DNA from: Octopus sinensis
Taxonomy: Eukaryota
Reading direction: 5' to 3'
Assembly (NCBI RefSeq): GCF_006345805.1
Contig: NC_042999.1
Span: forward strand, 167,090,001-167,154,000
Length of the DNA stretch: 64,000 nucleotides
Below, in pieces: positions 61,501-64,000 of this stretch. Numbering within the stretch: position 1 is the first letter of the stretch; each line of letters starts with the position of its first letter. The position numbers were made by a program, and so were the translations under genes. The notes below the pieces were generated by a model. The model had not been told where the DNA came from, searched no databases, and saw only the letters and a list, made by a program, of their open reading frames with translations.

Positions 61501-61699
61501 ATAGTATAGGACAATCAGTACGTGAAAATAATAGAACTCAGAGTTTCAAATGCCCGAGCTAAATGCTTCGGAGCATTTTCCTCGGCTATTTGTAGCGTCT
61601 ATCGTCAAAAATAGCCGATGAAAATGCCCCGAAGCATTTAGCTCCAGCATTTGAAACTCTGAGTTCTATTATGACAACTTACTGATTGTCCAATACTAT
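61501..61699. repeat. Hairpin of two tail-out HHR-like motifs (family C)
   Basis: Right arm 61610-61670 reads aatag-CCGATGA-aaatgc...gcattt-GAAA-ctctgag-TT-ctatt. The left arm is its reverse complement with core CCGAGGA. Confidence 0.8.
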
Positions 61700-61950
61700 G
61701 TATGTATGTATATATACATACGTAGGTATATATATACATACATACAGACATACGTCGGTATATATACATCCATATATATATACACATATATACATACATA
61801 TAAATATACAAATATAATTCATATATATATATGCATAAATATACATATAAATAAATATATACATATATATATATGCATATATATACATATATATGCGTAT
61901 GCATATCAAGATACATATATATATACATATATATATATAGGTATATATAT

Positions 61951-62029
<79 letters not shown>

Positions 62030-62200
62030 ATAAATATTAGGGAATAAATCCAAATTTACAGGGAAAAATCAGATTTAGGATTAAATCGATTTTATAGTAA
62101 AATATTATAAAATATTATTCGAGACAAAACCACTATTTTGCAAAACAAACAAGGAAAGACTTAATCAATACATAAATTTTAATAAATAGTCAAAAAACCG

Positions 62201-62243
62201 CCACTACAATCGTTTCTTGTCTTGATCGACAATCTTCAGGTGG
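62201..62243 (-). ncRNA. Minimal type I hammerhead ribozyme with a fully intact core (family F)
   Basis: Minus strand reads ccac-CTGAAGA-ttgtc-gatcaa-gacaa-GAAA-c-gatt-g-TA-gtgg. All three stems pair. It lies in a ~225-bp insert between (TA)n tracts. Confidence 0.78.
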
Positions 62244-62376
62244 ACTTCCAATAATTCAGTGTCAAATATATATATACACACACACACTAATATATATATA
62301 TACATATATGTATATGCATATATATATACACATATATATATATATATATATTACATATATATATACATACATGTAA

Positions 62377-62413
<37 letters not shown>

Positions 62414-62699
62414 TACATATAATACATATATATACATATATGTATACATAATTTATATACATATATATTCATATATATGTATACATATATATACGTATAT
62501 ATAAATAAATTTTTTGTTTATACTTCTTGCACTGAGGAGAACAGTGATATACAATTAATTAAAATTAATCAAATTAATTTAATTATTCTACCATGAAGAT
62601 GCATGTTTTAATATCGCTGTTTGAAACGATCATATGCATGAATTAGAATTCTTTTAAACTTTAACATCTTTTCTTCTTTATTTTTAACAAATTTGTGTA

Positions 62700-64000
62700 G
62701 TCATATTGGATCCCATTCCATAAATTTCCATCGCAAGAAATTTTGTATGAAGAGATAAAAAAGAGGCATCGAGATCTGCTAAGAAAACAAAGAAGGAAGA
62801 GCAGAAGAAAGGAGAGAGAAAAAAAACTATCGTAGCTTTGTGATCAATCCCTATCAATATGCGAAACATCTATTTACTGAAAGTAAAAACGGAAAATTGG
62901 ATTGCACGAAAGAAGAGCTCGAACAACATCTGAAAGAGACATACAGCGACTCTGACAGAAATGAAGTACTCCCAGAAATGCACGGACTGAAGAAAAGGGT
63001 ACCATTTGATTTGAGTGACATTAAACAGAAAGAAATGGATGAGTTCATAAGGAAAGCAAGAGCAAAAAGTTCACCAGGGAACGATGGAGTGAGCTACAAG
63101 GTATACAAATATTGCCCAAAATTACGATTGCAGCTGTTTGCACTGATAAGAGAAATGTGGAAGAAGAGAGATGTAGCGGAGCGATGGTGTATAGCCGAAG
63201 GTATCTATCTACCTACCTAAAGTAAAAGAGGCAAAATCACTAGGCCAATTTAGACCGATTTCACTACTAAATCATGTTCGGAATAATTGCTAGACGAATC
63301 ATAAGATTCGTACAGCATAACGGAAACGTTAATGAAGCGATTCAAAAAGCAGGAATCCCCGGAATCCCTGGGTACATAGAACACGCATTTGCCATCTGGG
63401 AAGCCATCATCTGTGCAAAACAAATGAAGAAAACCTACATATTGTTTGGCTAGATCTTGCCAATGCTTATGGATCTGTTCCACATGCACTAATAAAAACA
63501 GTGATGAACTTCTTTTGGATTCCTAAAGATGTTCAACGAATGCTCATGTCGTACTACGACAACCTGAGGATGGGATTTACAGCAGGAAAGTTCACCACGG
63601 AGTGGCAACGGCTTGAAATAGGTATTGCAGCCGGATGCACGATATCAGTCATCTTATTCGTGCTAGTCATGGGAATGCTACTCAGATCTACAAACTGTGA
63701 GAAAGCTGTTACAAAGACACCGTTAAGGGCTTTTATCGACGACGTTAGTGTATTATCGGAAAGTAGAGAAGCAGCAGAGGGAACGTTAGAGCGGTTGGAC
63801 GAACTGATAGGATGGGTAAGAATGAAATTCAAAGCCAAAAAATCTCGAAGCGTGGCTCTCGTGAAAGGAAGGCAAGAAGAAGTGAAATTCAGGATAGGAA
63901 GTGAAGACATACCAACGGTGAAAGAACAACCAGTAAAGAGTCTCGGCAGATGGTATAGAGATTTATTAAATGATAAGAAGCAAAGGAAAGAAACGCACGA
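62700..64000 (+). mobile_element. Decayed HERO-like (R2/NeSL group) non-LTR retrotransposon RT, cut by the window end
   Basis: ARAKSSPGNDGVSYKVYK, QFRPISLLN, QKAGIPGIPGYIEH, WLDLANAYGSVPH, GCTISVILF, FIDD, MKFKAKKSRS, VKSLGRWY. Frameshifts near 63215 and 63272. Confidence 0.85.

Noticed and set aside
1136-62504. Numerous short ORFs rich in YI, CV, HT or N repeats
   Set aside because: They are translations of (TA)n, (TG)n, (CA)n and (AAT)n microsatellites or of SINE bodies.

Overview
Repeat-dominated, gene-free-looking animal genomic DNA. The SINE families, the density of (TA)n/(CA)n/(AAT)n microsatellites and the LINE complement suggest an octopus (inference from sequence recall, not from a search). 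I recognise no host protein-coding gene, rRNA or true tRNA gene. The window has four main components. (1) A ~16.1 kb tandem array of a 27-bp unit (27841-43931, ~600 copies). The unit is built on the 5' tRNA-like head (A-box/D-arm) of the local SINE, the array appears to have expanded inside one SINE copy whose body resumes at 44064, and it has kb-scale higher-order duplications. (2) Many Penelope-like element (PLE) remnants: one RT, three GIY-YIG endonuclease remnants, and at least five unrelated non-coding families carrying minimal type I hammerhead ribozyme (HHR) motifs. These sit mostly in (TA)n tracts and often form tail-out inverted pairs or short palindromes. (3) Decayed LINEs: Dong/R4-like in (AAT)n, RTE with a clean twin-priming-type inversion, and HERO-like at the window end. 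(4) At least four tRNA-derived SINE families plus DNA-transposon and foldback elements, one of which carries internal TTAGGG repeats. Nearly all ORFs in the supplied track are artefacts of microsatellites or of the 27-bp array. Coordinates were read by eye and element boundaries are approximate.
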